A program made the translations under genes and the position numbers. 64,000 bases of DNA. It comes from an uncultured Elusimicrobia bacterium. GTDB lineage: Bacteria; Elusimicrobiota; Elusimicrobia; UBA1565; UBA9628. The stretch is from NCBI GenBank assembly GCA_964510095.1, contig CAZEAE010000015.1, positions 33-64,032 on the forward strand, read 5' to 3'. Positions 45,298-56,179 of the stretch are shown here, piece after piece. The first letter of the stretch is position 1; each line of letters begins with the position of its first letter. The notes under the pieces are model-generated. The model saw only the letters and a program-made list of their open reading frames with translations, was not told where the DNA came from and did not search any database.

Positions 45298-45326
45298 AAT
45301 TGCAATAATTGAAGGCCTGACCCCGA
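45298..45326. repeat. 29-bp dispersed intergenic repeat, copy 2
   Basis: Identical to 17062-17090. Confidence 0.85.
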
Positions 45327-45327
45327 A

Positions 45328-48300
45328 TCAGTCGCCGGACCAGGGGTTGAAGCGGCCGCCCTTGACCGGAGCGGCGTCGCAGAGCGCCTTGTAGCGCTCG
45401 ATCTGATCGTCCGCGGCGCCGTCCTTGACCAGGCTGGAGAGCGTCATCGAGTAGCTCATGTTGTACTCGGTGGAGGACCAGATGCCGCCCTTGGAGGCGG
45501 CCACCGACTTGGCGGCGGCTTCGATGCGGCTGTCGGCCACGGGGCGGCCTTGGGAGGAGAGGCGCGTCGAGATCTGATAGTTCCGGCCCGAGGCGCTGGG
45601 CAGGGGCGGCAGGTTCTTGCCGTATTCCCCGTCGGCGGCCTTCATCTGCTCGACCGAGGAGAAGACCATGTCGATCCAAGGCCAGGAGCCTTCGTGGCTG
45701 AAGGAGACGGAGATCACGCCGGAGATCTCCTTCAAACGCGTGGCATGCTCGGCTTCGAAAGCCTTGTTCTCGGCGGCCACGGCCTCAATCGACATCTGCT
45801 TGGCCACGTAGTAAGCCTTGCCGTCCAACCCGCTGATCTGAGACGGCGCCGCCTTCATCGCGGCGCGGTCGCTGAAGGTCACCGTCACGCGCCGGGAGGC
45901 CACGACGACCGACTCAGCCCCCATGATCGCCTCGCCTTTCGCTTTGGCGTCGGCGTCCAGCTGCTCCGGGGAATACTTCGCCGCCTTGGCTTTGGCGGGC
46001 TTGCGCACCATGCTGGACATCCCGCCGAGCCTCAGGGCTTTCTTCACCTTCTCCATGAGGGTCTGGCCCTGATCCTGGGCCGGGACCTTCAGGGCCTGCG
46101 CCTCTCCGGTGCGGGCATTGACCTCGACCGCGCCGCCGTTATCATCATAGAAGCGGAACCACAGGTCGTCGCCCTCGGTCTTCTTGACCATCTCCAAAGA
46201 GACGCTGACGCGGGAAGACAGCCACGGGAAGGCTTTCTGCGCGATGGTCAGCGCGGGCTCCGGCAGCATCACCGCGCCGCGGCTGAACAGATAGGGAGAC
46301 ATCGGGAAGAGCATCAGGTCGCTACGGACCGGGGCGCTTCGGTAGACCTGGGTCCTGGCGTTGAACTTGCCCGTGCCGGTGACGGGGCCGCGCGAGAAGT
46401 CCACGGAGATGATGTCGGCCGAGGCGGCTTTAGGGGAATCCATCACGTAAAAGGAGAACTTCCAATGGTCGCCATCGCGCAGCGGCATGGAGGCGGTGGC
46501 CTGGGCGTACATGAGCTTGGCGCCCGGCTTGCCCATCGCCTCGGCGGCGGCAACGGCCTCGTAATAGGCCCGCTCGAAGAGCTGACCAGCGGGGGCCAGC
46601 GTCTCGCGCGGGCGCATCATCCCAGCCATGCCGACCATGCCCGCCATGCCCATCATCTGGAAAAGGTCCTCGATGCCGTGCGGGCCGAAGTACGGCATGC
46701 CCTCGGGGAGCACCGGCCCGGTGACATTGCCGGTGGCGACGTCGGTGAGGACCCGGAAGAGCGTGTAGTAGCCGACCGCGCCGCCGGCGAGCAGGGCGAC
46801 GAAAGCCAGCGCCGACTCCAGCTTGCTCGGTTCCTTATATACGTCAGCTTTGACGGAGTAGGCGGCCATCGCGTCCAAGATGATCTTGGAGGCCGCGGCG
46901 CCTTTGCCCGGCATCACATACCCGTTCTTCATCCTCGGGTCGGCCGTGCCGCCCACGCTCAGGGAAAGCATCCCGGGCAGGCCCTTCTCCATGTTGCGGT
47001 CGGTCTCATTGCCGGTCAGAGGCATCGGATTGCCGCTGAGGCGCTCGCCCACCCTCTTGGCCTTGGCCTCGACTTTCGACAGCTCCCCCTCTTTATGCCG
47101 GGGCATGTACATGCTGTCGCCGATGGCGACCGCCTCGTCGGCAGTCATGCCCAGGGCCTTGGCGATGTAGGCCACCGAGACCGACTTGTCGAGCTTCGAG
47201 AACATGATGTACGGCGGCTTCTTCAGGTCCTTGGCCATGCGCGGGATGACTTCGGCCTCGTAGTGAAGGGCGTCGAGTTCTTTCTGGAGCAGTCCGGCCG
47301 CTTCCTTGACCTTGGCTTCCGGCGTCCCGGGGACGAACATCATCGCGTAGCCGTAGGGGTTGTAGCTCTCGGCGGGGTCCTTCGGAGTCTCGGTGTTCTG
47401 CGTGACGCCGATGGAGGGCAGCAGGGCCTTGGTGGCCTCGGCGGCCGACCTGATGATCGCGACCTGGTCCTCGGGCAGCGCCGGCGCCTCCCAGACCTTC
47501 TGCGGTTCACCCTGGGCGTCATAGCGGTAGACGCGTCCGCCGGAATTGGCGGCCACGTACATGCCGGCGCGGTCCGCCGCGGGGATCGACGCCAGCGACT
47601 CGAACACCGTCAGCGTCTCGGAGTTCGGACGCTTGACGTCGGGACGGTCGGTGATGACGACGACTTCCTTGCCGTTCTTGCGCACGGCGGCGACGGCGGC
47701 GGCCATCTCGGGGGTGAGCACGGAGTTGTGCGGACCGATCGTGTCGTCGAAGTCGGAGAAGATCACCTTCTTGGCGGCCGCCTGGGCGACGACCTTGGCC
47801 GCCAGCTTCGGACCGACGACCGGCATGCTGATGACCAGGCCGTAGACGGCGGCGATGCCCGCCAGCGCGCGGCGGCGGAATCCGTAAGAGCCGGCGCCGT
47901 CGACCGGCTTGGGGCCGTTCTGCTGCGAAGCGGCGGGCGCGGCGGGAGTCTCCGCCGTCTTTTCCGACGTGGCCGCAGCGGCGGCTTTGGAGAGTCCCGA
48001 GCCGCTGGGCTCGGCGGAAGGGGCGCTGACCGAGACTTCCCCGGCGGCCGCGGCGGCGGCTTTCCCCGTGATGAGGTCTTCGATGCGGCGGCCGGAGGCC
48101 GCGGAATCAGCAGCGCCGGCTTGAGGCTGGGCGATGGCCGAGATCTCAGGCGCGATGGCTTGAGAAAGGCCCTCGATGGCAAGAGGGCCGCCCAGGGCGG
48201 CGGGACTGACGGCCGGGGCAGCGGGTGCGGCGGTGGGGATAAGAGACGGAAGAGCGAGGGTCGGAGCCAGCGACATGCCGGGGACCAGGCCGGCGATGGG

Positions 48301-48465
48301 CGCGATCCGGACGGCGGGCGCGGCGGATATGGGGGCCTGGATGATCGGCGCGGCTTTGAAGGCGGCGGCGACGGCTTCGTGGCAAAGAGGTCCGGGCGAA
48401 AGCCAAACGAGCAGGGCGGCGAGGGCGGCGGCGACTCGGCGGCGCATCGATGAGGCCTGGATCAT
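45328..48465 (-). CDS. Large signal-peptide protein with Ala/Pro-rich spacer, HAD-IIB hydrolase domain, TM helix and unknown C-terminal domains
   Basis: GGAGG SD before ATG 48465; HAD motifs IFSDFDDT, VITDR, DKSVSV and AIGDS; PepSY-like VEVNARTGE. Confidence 0.8.
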   Translation of the reverse strand: MIQASSMRRRVAAALAALLVWLSPGPLCHEAVAAAFKAAPIIQAPISAAPAVRIAPIAGLVPGMSLAPTLALPSLIPTAAPAAPAVSPAALGGPLAIEGLSQAIAPEISAIAQPQAGAADSAASGRRIEDLITGKAAAAAAGEVSVSAPSAEPSGSGLSKAAAAATSEKTAETPAAPAASQQNGPKPVDGAGSYGFRRRALAGIAAVYGLVISMPVVGPKLAAKVVAQAAAKKVIFSDFDDTIGPHNSVLTPEMAAAVAAVRKNGKEVVVITDRPDVKRPNSETLTVFESLASIPAADRAGMYVAANSGGRVYRYDAQGEPQKVWEAPALPEDQVAIIRSAAEATKALLPSIGVTQNTETPKDPAESYNPYGYAMMFVPGTPEAKVKEAAGLLQKELDALHYEAEVIPRMAKDLKKPPYIMFSKLDKSVSVAYIAKALGMTADEAVAIGDSMYMPRHKEGELSKVEAKAKRVGERLSGNPMPLTGNETDRNMEKGLPGMLSLSVGGTADPRMKNGYVMPGKGAAASKIILDAMAAYSVKADVYKEPSKLESALAFVALLAGGAVGYYTLFRVLTDVATGNVTGPVLPEGMPYFGPHGIEDLFQMMGMAGMVGMAGMMRPRETLAPAGQLFERAYYEAVAAAEAMGKPGAKLMYAQATASMPLRDGDHWKFSFYVMDSPKAASADIISVDFSRGPVTGTGKFNARTQVYRSAPVRSDLMLFPMSPYLFSRGAVMLPEPALTIAQKAFPWLSSRVSVSLEMVKKTEGDDLWFRFYDDNGGAVEVNARTGEAQALKVPAQDQGQTLMEKVKKALRLGGMSSMVRKPAKAKAAKYSPEQLDADAKAKGEAIMGAESVVVASRRVTVTFSDRAAMKAAPSQISGLDGKAYYVAKQMSIEAVAAENKAFEAEHATRLKEISGVISVSFSHEGSWPWIDMVFSSVEQMKAADGEYGKNLPPLPSASGRNYQISTRLSSQGRPVADSRIEAAAKSVAASKGGIWSSTEYNMSYSMTLSSLVKDGAADDQIERYKALCDAAPVKGGRFNPWSGD

Positions 48466-48553
48466 GGATCCTCCCTTTGGGGCGTCTGCAGGTATTATAA
48501 GCCCCGCCGGGGCGTTTGCTCTGGGCCCTTGGGGGAAGCGCGCGAAGTTTTTT

Positions 48554-48640
48554 GGCCTAGGCCTATGGACCCATAGCGTCATAGGCCCTAAGGCCCATGG
48601 CAGGGCCAAAGGGCCCACCTACAATAGGCCTATCGGTCCT
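48554..48640. promoter_or_regulatory. GG(N)CC-pair motif cluster D
   Basis: About nine GGCC/GGACC/GGTCC cores within 87 bp of a divergent intergenic region, including ggcctaggcc and gggccaaagggccc. Confidence 0.55.
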
Positions 48641-48648
48641 GGAGGTCT

Positions 48649-49875
<1,227 letters not shown>

Positions 49876-49881
49876 AGCCGG

Positions 49882-52800
49882 TCAGCGCGGGGAGGCGGAC
49901 GCGGCGGGCGCGGGCGCCGTCTTCAGGATCTTGCCGAGGGCCTCTTCAAGCCGCGCCGCCGTTTCCTTGTATGTCGCCAGGTCGCTGCCGTAAGGGTCTC
50001 CGATGTCCCCGCCTCCCGTCTCGGCGTAGCCGTTGAGGGTATGGACCTTGCCGCGAGCTTGAGGGTAGCGTTCCAGTATCTGCGCGACGTGGCCGCCGGT
50101 CATGCCGAGGATGACGTCCGCGCCCTCGATATCCTGCCGGGTCAGCCCCTGCGCCTGGTGGCCCTGGGCGTCGATGCCGTAGCCCTGCAGCGCCTCCAAG
50201 GCCGGTCCCGGCATGGCCTGCCCCGGATACGCCGATAAGCCTCGCGAGGAGGTCTCGAAGCCCTCCGAGACCATGCCCTTGGCCAGATACTCGGCCATGG
50301 CGCTGCGGCAGGTATTGCCGGTGCAGACGAAAAGCAGCTTCTTCGCCTTCGGTTTGGCGGCGGCGACGGGAGCCGAGGCTTCGGCGTTCTTGGTCACCGG
50401 CCGCGACTGCAGGATATAGAGCTTGTCGCCGACGAACCCCCATTCCAGGTCGAGAGCATAGCCGAAGTGGCGCTCGAGGGCGACGGCCACCGTGTTGAGG
50501 AGCTCGAGCTGCTTGGGCGACAGCGACCGGGCCCGCCTGCGCTCGGGAGCCATGCGCTTCTCGGCGACGCCTTTGCCCGAGACGTCGCGGACGATGGCGA
50601 GCTTCTTGTCCGAGATCATCGCGGGCAGGATCTCGCGGCCGAGCTTCTTGGAGACGACGTACTGGTCCGGGGCCACGCGGCCGGAGACGATGCCCTCCCC
50701 CAGGCCGAAGGCGGCGTTGACGATCAGGCGCGCCGTGTTGCCGGAGACCGGATCCTGCGTGAAGGCCACGCCGGAGACCTCGGAGGGCGCCATCATCTGG
50801 ATGACGACGGCCTGGTTCAGGTTGGACAGGCTCAAGCCCTTGGTCTGCCGGTAGAGCAAGGCGCGCGGGTTCCATAAAGAGGCCCAGACCTCCTTGACAT
50901 GCTCCAGCAGGACGGCGTTGTCCACGTAAAGATGGGTGTCGCCGGCGCCGGCGAACGCCGCGTCGGCGCCGTCCTCATCGACGGCGGAAGAGCGCACGGC
51001 CAAGGCTTCCTTATCCAAGCCTTCCCGGCGCACGGCTTTGAGGATCTCCCGGCCGACGCCCTTGGAAGCGGACAGCTCGGCGCGCAAGACAAGCTGGCGG
51101 ATGCGCGAAGACCTTTCCTCGATGGACAGGCCGCTCTGCGCGCCGATGGCGTCGATCTGGGTCTCGATGCCCGCCTCCTTAAGGAACGAACGGTAAGCGG
51201 AGATGGTCAGGGCCACGCCGGGCGGCACCGAGCCTCCGGCTTTGCGCACGACCTGCATGATCTCGCCGAGCTTGGAAGCCTTGCCCCCCACCCAAGGGAC
51301 GTCCAGGTCGAGGACCTCCGCCAGGGACAAGACGGCGGGGACCTTCGCGCGCCTGGAGGCCAGCCGCATCTGCTCCAAGCGCTCCACCTGCGCCTCCCAT
51401 TCGCGGTAATAGCTGGGGGCCAGCTTGCGCCGCTTGGCCTTGGCGATGAGGGCCTTGATGCGCGGCAGGACCTCCAAGGTCACGGACGGGTGGTCGTGGG
51501 CATGGCGCTCGAGCTCGGCGATATCCTGCTTGATAAGGGTCTCGGCGCGTTCCTTAGCGGCCGCGTTCAGGGATTGATAGGTGTGCGAGGCGGTCTTGAA
51601 CTCGGCGGCGTCGCGCTGGAGGGCCAGCGCCAGCTCCTGCAAACGGTTCTGACGGCCGGCGGCGCCGAGCACGGCGCGTTCGACGGCTTCGATGGAATCG
51701 GTCTCGCGCAAGACCTCCATGGCCTCGCGGTGCTGGGCGTAGGCGGAGCGCGCCTCGGCCGTGAAAAGGTCGGTCTCGGTCTGCGCGATCCAGGCCTGCA
51801 TGCCGCCGACCGAGGAGGCCTGCAAGACCTGACGGGTGCGCTCGAGCTCGAAAGCGGTCTCCGGCCGGCCCGCGGTCCGAGAGACGAGCTCGGAGAGGAC
51901 CTCGCGGGCGAAGGCCAGCTTCTGCAGCGAGCCCAGCGCGGGGCCATCCACGGCCGCCTCCACGGCGCGGCTCACGGCGCCGGGCTTAGGGTCGCCGTCG
52001 TAGCGCTCGAGGAGCTCGCTGACGGCGAGCATGCTCTCCTGCGACGCGGCGGGGAAAGCCTCCAGCTTGCCGGAGACCGGGTCGAGGCGGACGACGGCGC
52101 CTTCCGGCAGGCGGACCCTCCGCGAGGAAGAGACGGCGCGCACCGCCAGCCCCCGGACCCGCCGCGGATCCTTGAACTCAGCCGCCTCGAGGCTCAAAGC
52201 CCCGTCCTCCCAGGCCGCCTGGCTCAAGATCAAGGCGCTGATGCCCATCTCTCGGGTGGTGATGGCGGCATGGCTGAGCAGGCCGCCGGAGGTGGTGACG
52301 ACGGCGCGGGAGTTGCGGATGGGGCCCAAGTCGTCGGGCGTGGTATAAGGGGCGACGAAGATGTAGCCGCCCTTGGCCGCCTTTTCCTTGTCATAGGTGA
52401 TCCGCGCCGTGATCGTCCGGCCGGGGCCGGGGCTGGCGGCCAAGCCGCTGAAGAGCCGGCCCACCGACAAGGAGATCATGGGCTCCGCCTTGAGCTTGCG
52501 CAGCATGAGCCCCCCTCCCGCGGGCGTGTCCGACGGGGAGAAGGCGGCGACGGGATGCCCCTGCTGGGCGAGGCGGTGGAAGAGGGCCTCGGGCGGCAGG
52601 GTCCGAGGCGAAAGCCCCATCTCAAGGGTCCCGATCTCGGCGCGGGCCAGTCCGACCTGGCCGGTCTGGGGGTCGCGCAGGACGTAGAGGTTGAGCCATT
52701 TGTCGGAATCGACGCGACGCTGGGCGCGCTCCAGGGTCAGCGTGCCGATGGAGCCTATCGCTTGGAAGTCGAAGAGCCCGGGGTCCAACGAGCCGACGGC

Positions 52801-55476
52801 TTCGGCCATGCGGCCGGCGGCGACGTGGCTCTCGGTGAAGAATTCGGCCAGGTTGGCGAGCGGATCGTAGTCCCGGTTCCGGGCCAGGCCGCCTTCGGGC
52901 AGGACGCGGACCTCGCCGCGGGCGATGGCGCGCTCGATGGGTCCGTTGAAGTGCTTGTCGACGGCGCGCTGGCCGAGCAGCCCGTCGGGCAAGGGCGGAA
53001 GGCCGAGGTTCGTCAGGGTCTTCGAGAGGCCGGCCTGAAGCCGCGCGCGCTTGGAGGCCTCGCGCTGGTAATCATTGAAGCCCGCGACCATCTTGTCGTG
53101 CTGGTCGTGGACGTAGAAAGGCAGGTTGCCCTCGGCCAAGGCGATGTCGACCCAGGCGTCGATGCGCCGAGCGCTCTCCTCCGAGGTGGTCGAGCCCTCG
53201 AGTATGATGGGCAGGGCGAAGTCGACGCCCACGGTGGAATGCAGGGCCTGGATGACCAGGGAAAAGTTGTCCATCATGCGGTCGACGCTCTGGGATTGAT
53301 GGTCCTTGTCGACGATGGCGGTGAGGAAGCCGTTGTCCTCCTCCACGGCGAAGCCGAGCTTCCTCAGGAAGGAGGCGACGTAGTAGAGGCGCGACTGGTT
53401 GGCGAGGCTGGTGCCCCACTCCTGATAGCGCACGCGCAGCATGCCGCCTTCGTCGGGCGGCAGGAAATTGGAGTAGACCTCGGCGCTGTGGGCGCCGAGC
53501 TGGAAGTGTCCCCAGAATTGGTGGTCCTGCATGATGAGCGAACCGTTAGGGGTGTCATGAGCGTCGCTCAAGGCGTGGACCAGGGCCTTGAGGCCCGGAG
53601 AGACGATGCGGCCGGCCTTGGTCAAAGGGTCGTTGGAAAGGTCGACGAGGGAGATCTCCTTGACGCTGTCTCCTTTCCGGAGCTGAAGGACCATGTTGGC
53701 CGGAGAGCTGTCCTGAGAGCGGCCGACGCTTTCCAGGGCCTTCTGGTGGATGACGTTGATATAGCGGTGCAGGGACTCCTTGTCGATGGGCACGACGAGG
53801 GCGACGGCCTTGGCGGGCAGGAGCTCGGAGTCGGCTAGGCCCTTGGCCAGGGCGTCGATCTTAGCCGAGACGGCGTCGACGCCCTTGGCCAGCTCGGCGG
53901 CGTCGTCTTCGGATTCAGCGAGCGCCTGATAGGCGGCGGCCATGGCTTTGACGTTGGCGGCGATGGCGCGGGCGTTCTTGACGGTCATGTGGGTGGAGTT
54001 CTGCGCGACGAGCTCGAGGGCGGCGAAGTTGGCCTCGATCAAGCGGTTGAAGGTGTCGAAGCGCCGGCGCAAGCCGGCGATGGAGTCCTCGGTCCCGCCG
54101 CGGGCGACCTTGACGGTGACGGCCTGGTCGGAGTCGAGATGGGCGGCGAAGCCTTCCGGCGCGCCGTGGGACAAGCGGTAGCCCAGGGCGCGGCGGACGA
54201 CCTTGCGCGGGGCGCGGACGACGAGGGCGGAAGGATCCTCCTCGACCTGCTTCCTGAGAGAGGCGAGGAGCTTGGGGTCGGCCTCGACGCCGAGGGCGGG
54301 GCTCCGGCGGACGCGCAGGCCGAAGAGCTCCTTCCACCAGTCCTTGCTGGTGGCGGCCTCATAGAACCTTTGCCAGGAGTCGGCGAGGGAGTCGAGCGTG
54401 TTCTGCCAGGACTTCTGCAGAAGGGTCTTGAAGGGTACGGGCGGTAAGGATCGGACGGCCTTGGGGAAAGCGGCCTCGAGGATCCGCTTGCCGGCGGGAT
54501 CGAAGACGGTGCGCAGCTCGACCTTGAAGCCGGAGGCGGCGACAGGGTCGACCTTGGCCTGGGCGTTGATGATGACGAAGGTCTTCTGGACGGCGGAAAG
54601 GTCGGTGAAGGCGGGCTGGCCGCTGTAGAGCAGGCTTTCGTTCCAGAACTTCATGGCCGAGAAGACGGGGGCCTTGGCCTCGGAAGTGAGAAGCCCGAGC
54701 TGGGCCTTTATAAGGGTATGGCGCAGGAGGTCCTGCATCGCATCGGGGCTGCGGGCGGCCAGGCTGGACTTGAGGTCCTTGATGGCGGCGGGCAGCTGGC
54801 GCTTCTCGGCCTCGGCGGCGGCTTGGCGGTAGAGCGCGGGGGCGTCAAGCTCGTCGGCGTCTTCGTAGGCCTCGGAGAGCTTTTGGACGGCGGGGCTGAC
54901 GTAGGGAGCGAGGGCGGATTTCTTGAAAGCGCCGGTCTTGGCGGCGCCGACGAGGTCGTCGCCGGCGGGTTTGAGCTTGGTGACGTCGAAGATGGAGTTG
55001 AGGGCAGCGGCGACTTGGCCGGAGGCGCCTTTCTCTTCGGCTTTTTGAGCGGCGCCGAGGTTATCGACGGCCTGGCCGAGGCCGCTGAACGCGGCGGGCG
55101 CTTTCTCGAGGGGCGCGGGCGTTGCGGCTTGGTCGGCAGGGGCGGCCTTGGCGGCTTCGGCGCTGGGGATGGCGCTGGGAAGCGATTGCGGCTGGACCTG
55201 GGCGGGGCCGGAGAGGCCGGCGGCGCCTTGAGCGGCGGGAGCAAGGTCGAGGGCGGGCGCCCCCTGGATGGGGCTGATCCCTCCTCTAAGATCGAGGGAG
55301 AGCTGACCGCCGGTGGAGAGGTTGGAGCCGGGGGCGGCTTTGATCGTGCCGGCTTGTCCCGCTTGCCCTTGTCCGGCGCCTTCGACCTTGGGGACGCTGA
55401 TGTCGACGGCCTGGGCCGAAGCGGCCCAGGCGGAGACCAGGACCGCGGCTAGGAGCCGCCGTCGATAGAAGGGCAT
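49882..55476 (-). CDS. 1864-aa signal-peptide protein: Ala/Pro spacer, unknown domains, PEP-utilizer phospho-His domain, PPDK-type ATP-grasp domain, C-terminal LMW phosphatase
   Basis: TTSGGLLSHAAITTREMG; VGGKASKLGE, AVRSSAVDEDG..AAFAG, GLGEGIVSG, DLEWG...ILQSRPVT; FVCTGNTCRSAMAE and DPYG. Confidence 0.88.
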   Translation of the reverse strand: MPFYRRRLLAAVLVSAWAASAQAVDISVPKVEGAGQGQAGQAGTIKAAPGSNLSTGGQLSLDLRGGISPIQGAPALDLAPAAQGAAGLSGPAQVQPQSLPSAIPSAEAAKAAPADQAATPAPLEKAPAAFSGLGQAVDNLGAAQKAEEKGASGQVAAALNSIFDVTKLKPAGDDLVGAAKTGAFKKSALAPYVSPAVQKLSEAYEDADELDAPALYRQAAAEAEKRQLPAAIKDLKSSLAARSPDAMQDLLRHTLIKAQLGLLTSEAKAPVFSAMKFWNESLLYSGQPAFTDLSAVQKTFVIINAQAKVDPVAASGFKVELRTVFDPAGKRILEAAFPKAVRSLPPVPFKTLLQKSWQNTLDSLADSWQRFYEAATSKDWWKELFGLRVRRSPALGVEADPKLLASLRKQVEEDPSALVVRAPRKVVRRALGYRLSHGAPEGFAAHLDSDQAVTVKVARGGTEDSIAGLRRRFDTFNRLIEANFAALELVAQNSTHMTVKNARAIAANVKAMAAAYQALAESEDDAAELAKGVDAVSAKIDALAKGLADSELLPAKAVALVVPIDKESLHRYINVIHQKALESVGRSQDSSPANMVLQLRKGDSVKEISLVDLSNDPLTKAGRIVSPGLKALVHALSDAHDTPNGSLIMQDHQFWGHFQLGAHSAEVYSNFLPPDEGGMLRVRYQEWGTSLANQSRLYYVASFLRKLGFAVEEDNGFLTAIVDKDHQSQSVDRMMDNFSLVIQALHSTVGVDFALPIILEGSTTSEESARRIDAWVDIALAEGNLPFYVHDQHDKMVAGFNDYQREASKRARLQAGLSKTLTNLGLPPLPDGLLGQRAVDKHFNGPIERAIARGEVRVLPEGGLARNRDYDPLANLAEFFTESHVAAGRMAEAVGSLDPGLFDFQAIGSIGTLTLERAQRRVDSDKWLNLYVLRDPQTGQVGLARAEIGTLEMGLSPRTLPPEALFHRLAQQGHPVAAFSPSDTPAGGGLMLRKLKAEPMISLSVGRLFSGLAASPGPGRTITARITYDKEKAAKGGYIFVAPYTTPDDLGPIRNSRAVVTTSGGLLSHAAITTREMGISALILSQAAWEDGALSLEAAEFKDPRRVRGLAVRAVSSSRRVRLPEGAVVRLDPVSGKLEAFPAASQESMLAVSELLERYDGDPKPGAVSRAVEAAVDGPALGSLQKLAFAREVLSELVSRTAGRPETAFELERTRQVLQASSVGGMQAWIAQTETDLFTAEARSAYAQHREAMEVLRETDSIEAVERAVLGAAGRQNRLQELALALQRDAAEFKTASHTYQSLNAAAKERAETLIKQDIAELERHAHDHPSVTLEVLPRIKALIAKAKRRKLAPSYYREWEAQVERLEQMRLASRRAKVPAVLSLAEVLDLDVPWVGGKASKLGEIMQVVRKAGGSVPPGVALTISAYRSFLKEAGIETQIDAIGAQSGLSIEERSSRIRQLVLRAELSASKGVGREILKAVRREGLDKEALAVRSSAVDEDGADAAFAGAGDTHLYVDNAVLLEHVKEVWASLWNPRALLYRQTKGLSLSNLNQAVVIQMMAPSEVSGVAFTQDPVSGNTARLIVNAAFGLGEGIVSGRVAPDQYVVSKKLGREILPAMISDKKLAIVRDVSGKGVAEKRMAPERRRARSLSPKQLELLNTVAVALERHFGYALDLEWGFVGDKLYILQSRPVTKNAEASAPVAAAKPKAKKLLFVCTGNTCRSAMAEYLAKGMVSEGFETSSRGLSAYPGQAMPGPALEALQGYGIDAQGHQAQGLTRQDIEGADVILGMTGGHVAQILERYPQARGKVHTLNGYAETGGGDIGDPYGSDLATYKETAARLEEALGKILKTAPAPAASASPR

Positions 55477-55573
55477 GTTCGAAGTATAAGGCCGGAAGCG
55501 TCATCTGTCCAGGGGTTTTTGAGGGTTGAGCAGCCCCCATAAAACGAGCGATAATCAGCGATGAATCGGGGCC

Positions 55574-55602
55574 TTGACATAATCCATTACACATGGTATA
55601 CA
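55574..55602 (+). promoter_or_regulatory. Sigma70-like promoter of the RHH-RelE TA pair
   Basis: TTGACA-N17-TATACA with an extended TG; TACAC direct repeats lie 11 bp apart over the -10 region. Confidence 0.6.
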
Positions 55603-55620
55603 CACTAAGAGGGGCGCCAT

Positions 55621-55854
55621 ATGACAAGGGTCCAGATATTGCTCGATAAGAAAGAGGTTCAGGCCCTCCGCCGTGAGGCCGCACAGAGCGGCAAGAGCTA
55701 TTCCCTGCTCGTGCGCGAGGCCATCGACAATCTCTATGTTTCGCGCTTTTCTGATGGCGAGATCTCAGGGATGGCCAAGGCCGCCAAACAGGGGAAGGGG
55801 ACCCGAAGATTCAAGGATCTGCAAGACGCCCGCCGCCACCTCTGGTCGCTTTAG
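55621..55854 (+). CDS. Ribbon-helix-helix (CopG-like) antitoxin
   Basis: MTRVQILLD...LRREA...SYSLLVREAID pattern; 77 aa; lies upstream of a RelE-like gene. Confidence 0.8.
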   Translation: MTRVQILLDKKEVQALRREAAQSGKSYSLLVREAIDNLYVSRFSDGEISGMAKAAKQGKGTRRFKDLQDARRHLWSL

Positions 55855-55869
55855 CACAGCCCCCCCGGC

Positions 55870-56151
55870 ATGCTCGAATTCGCTTTTGCCCAGAGCTTTC
55901 AGAGGAGCTTGAAGGGCCTGCATCCGCCGGAGAAAGTGGCCATTCAGCGGCGCGTGGACTCATTCATGCTGGCCATGGACGTGCGGAGGATCCCCACCGG
56001 TTTCGGCCTCAAGAAGCTCGGCGACGATCTCTGGGAGTTCCGCACGGATCTCCCTATCCGCGTTTTTTTCCAGTGGAGCAAGAACACAGTCACCTTCTTG
56101 TTTCTCGGCAACCACAACGAGGTTCAACGGTTTTTAAAGCATTACGTGTAG
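55870..56151 (+). CDS. RelE/ParE-superfamily toxin
   Basis: 93 aa; F..SF.RSLK.L, LKKL..DLWEFR...IRVFF and LGNHNEV. Confidence 0.78.
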   Translation: MLEFAFAQSFQRSLKGLHPPEKVAIQRRVDSFMLAMDVRRIPTGFGLKKLGDDLWEFRTDLPIRVFFQWSKNTVTFLFLGNHNEVQRFLKHYV

Positions 56152-56179
56152 GGCTGACATCGGCTGGAGACTCAGCGAT

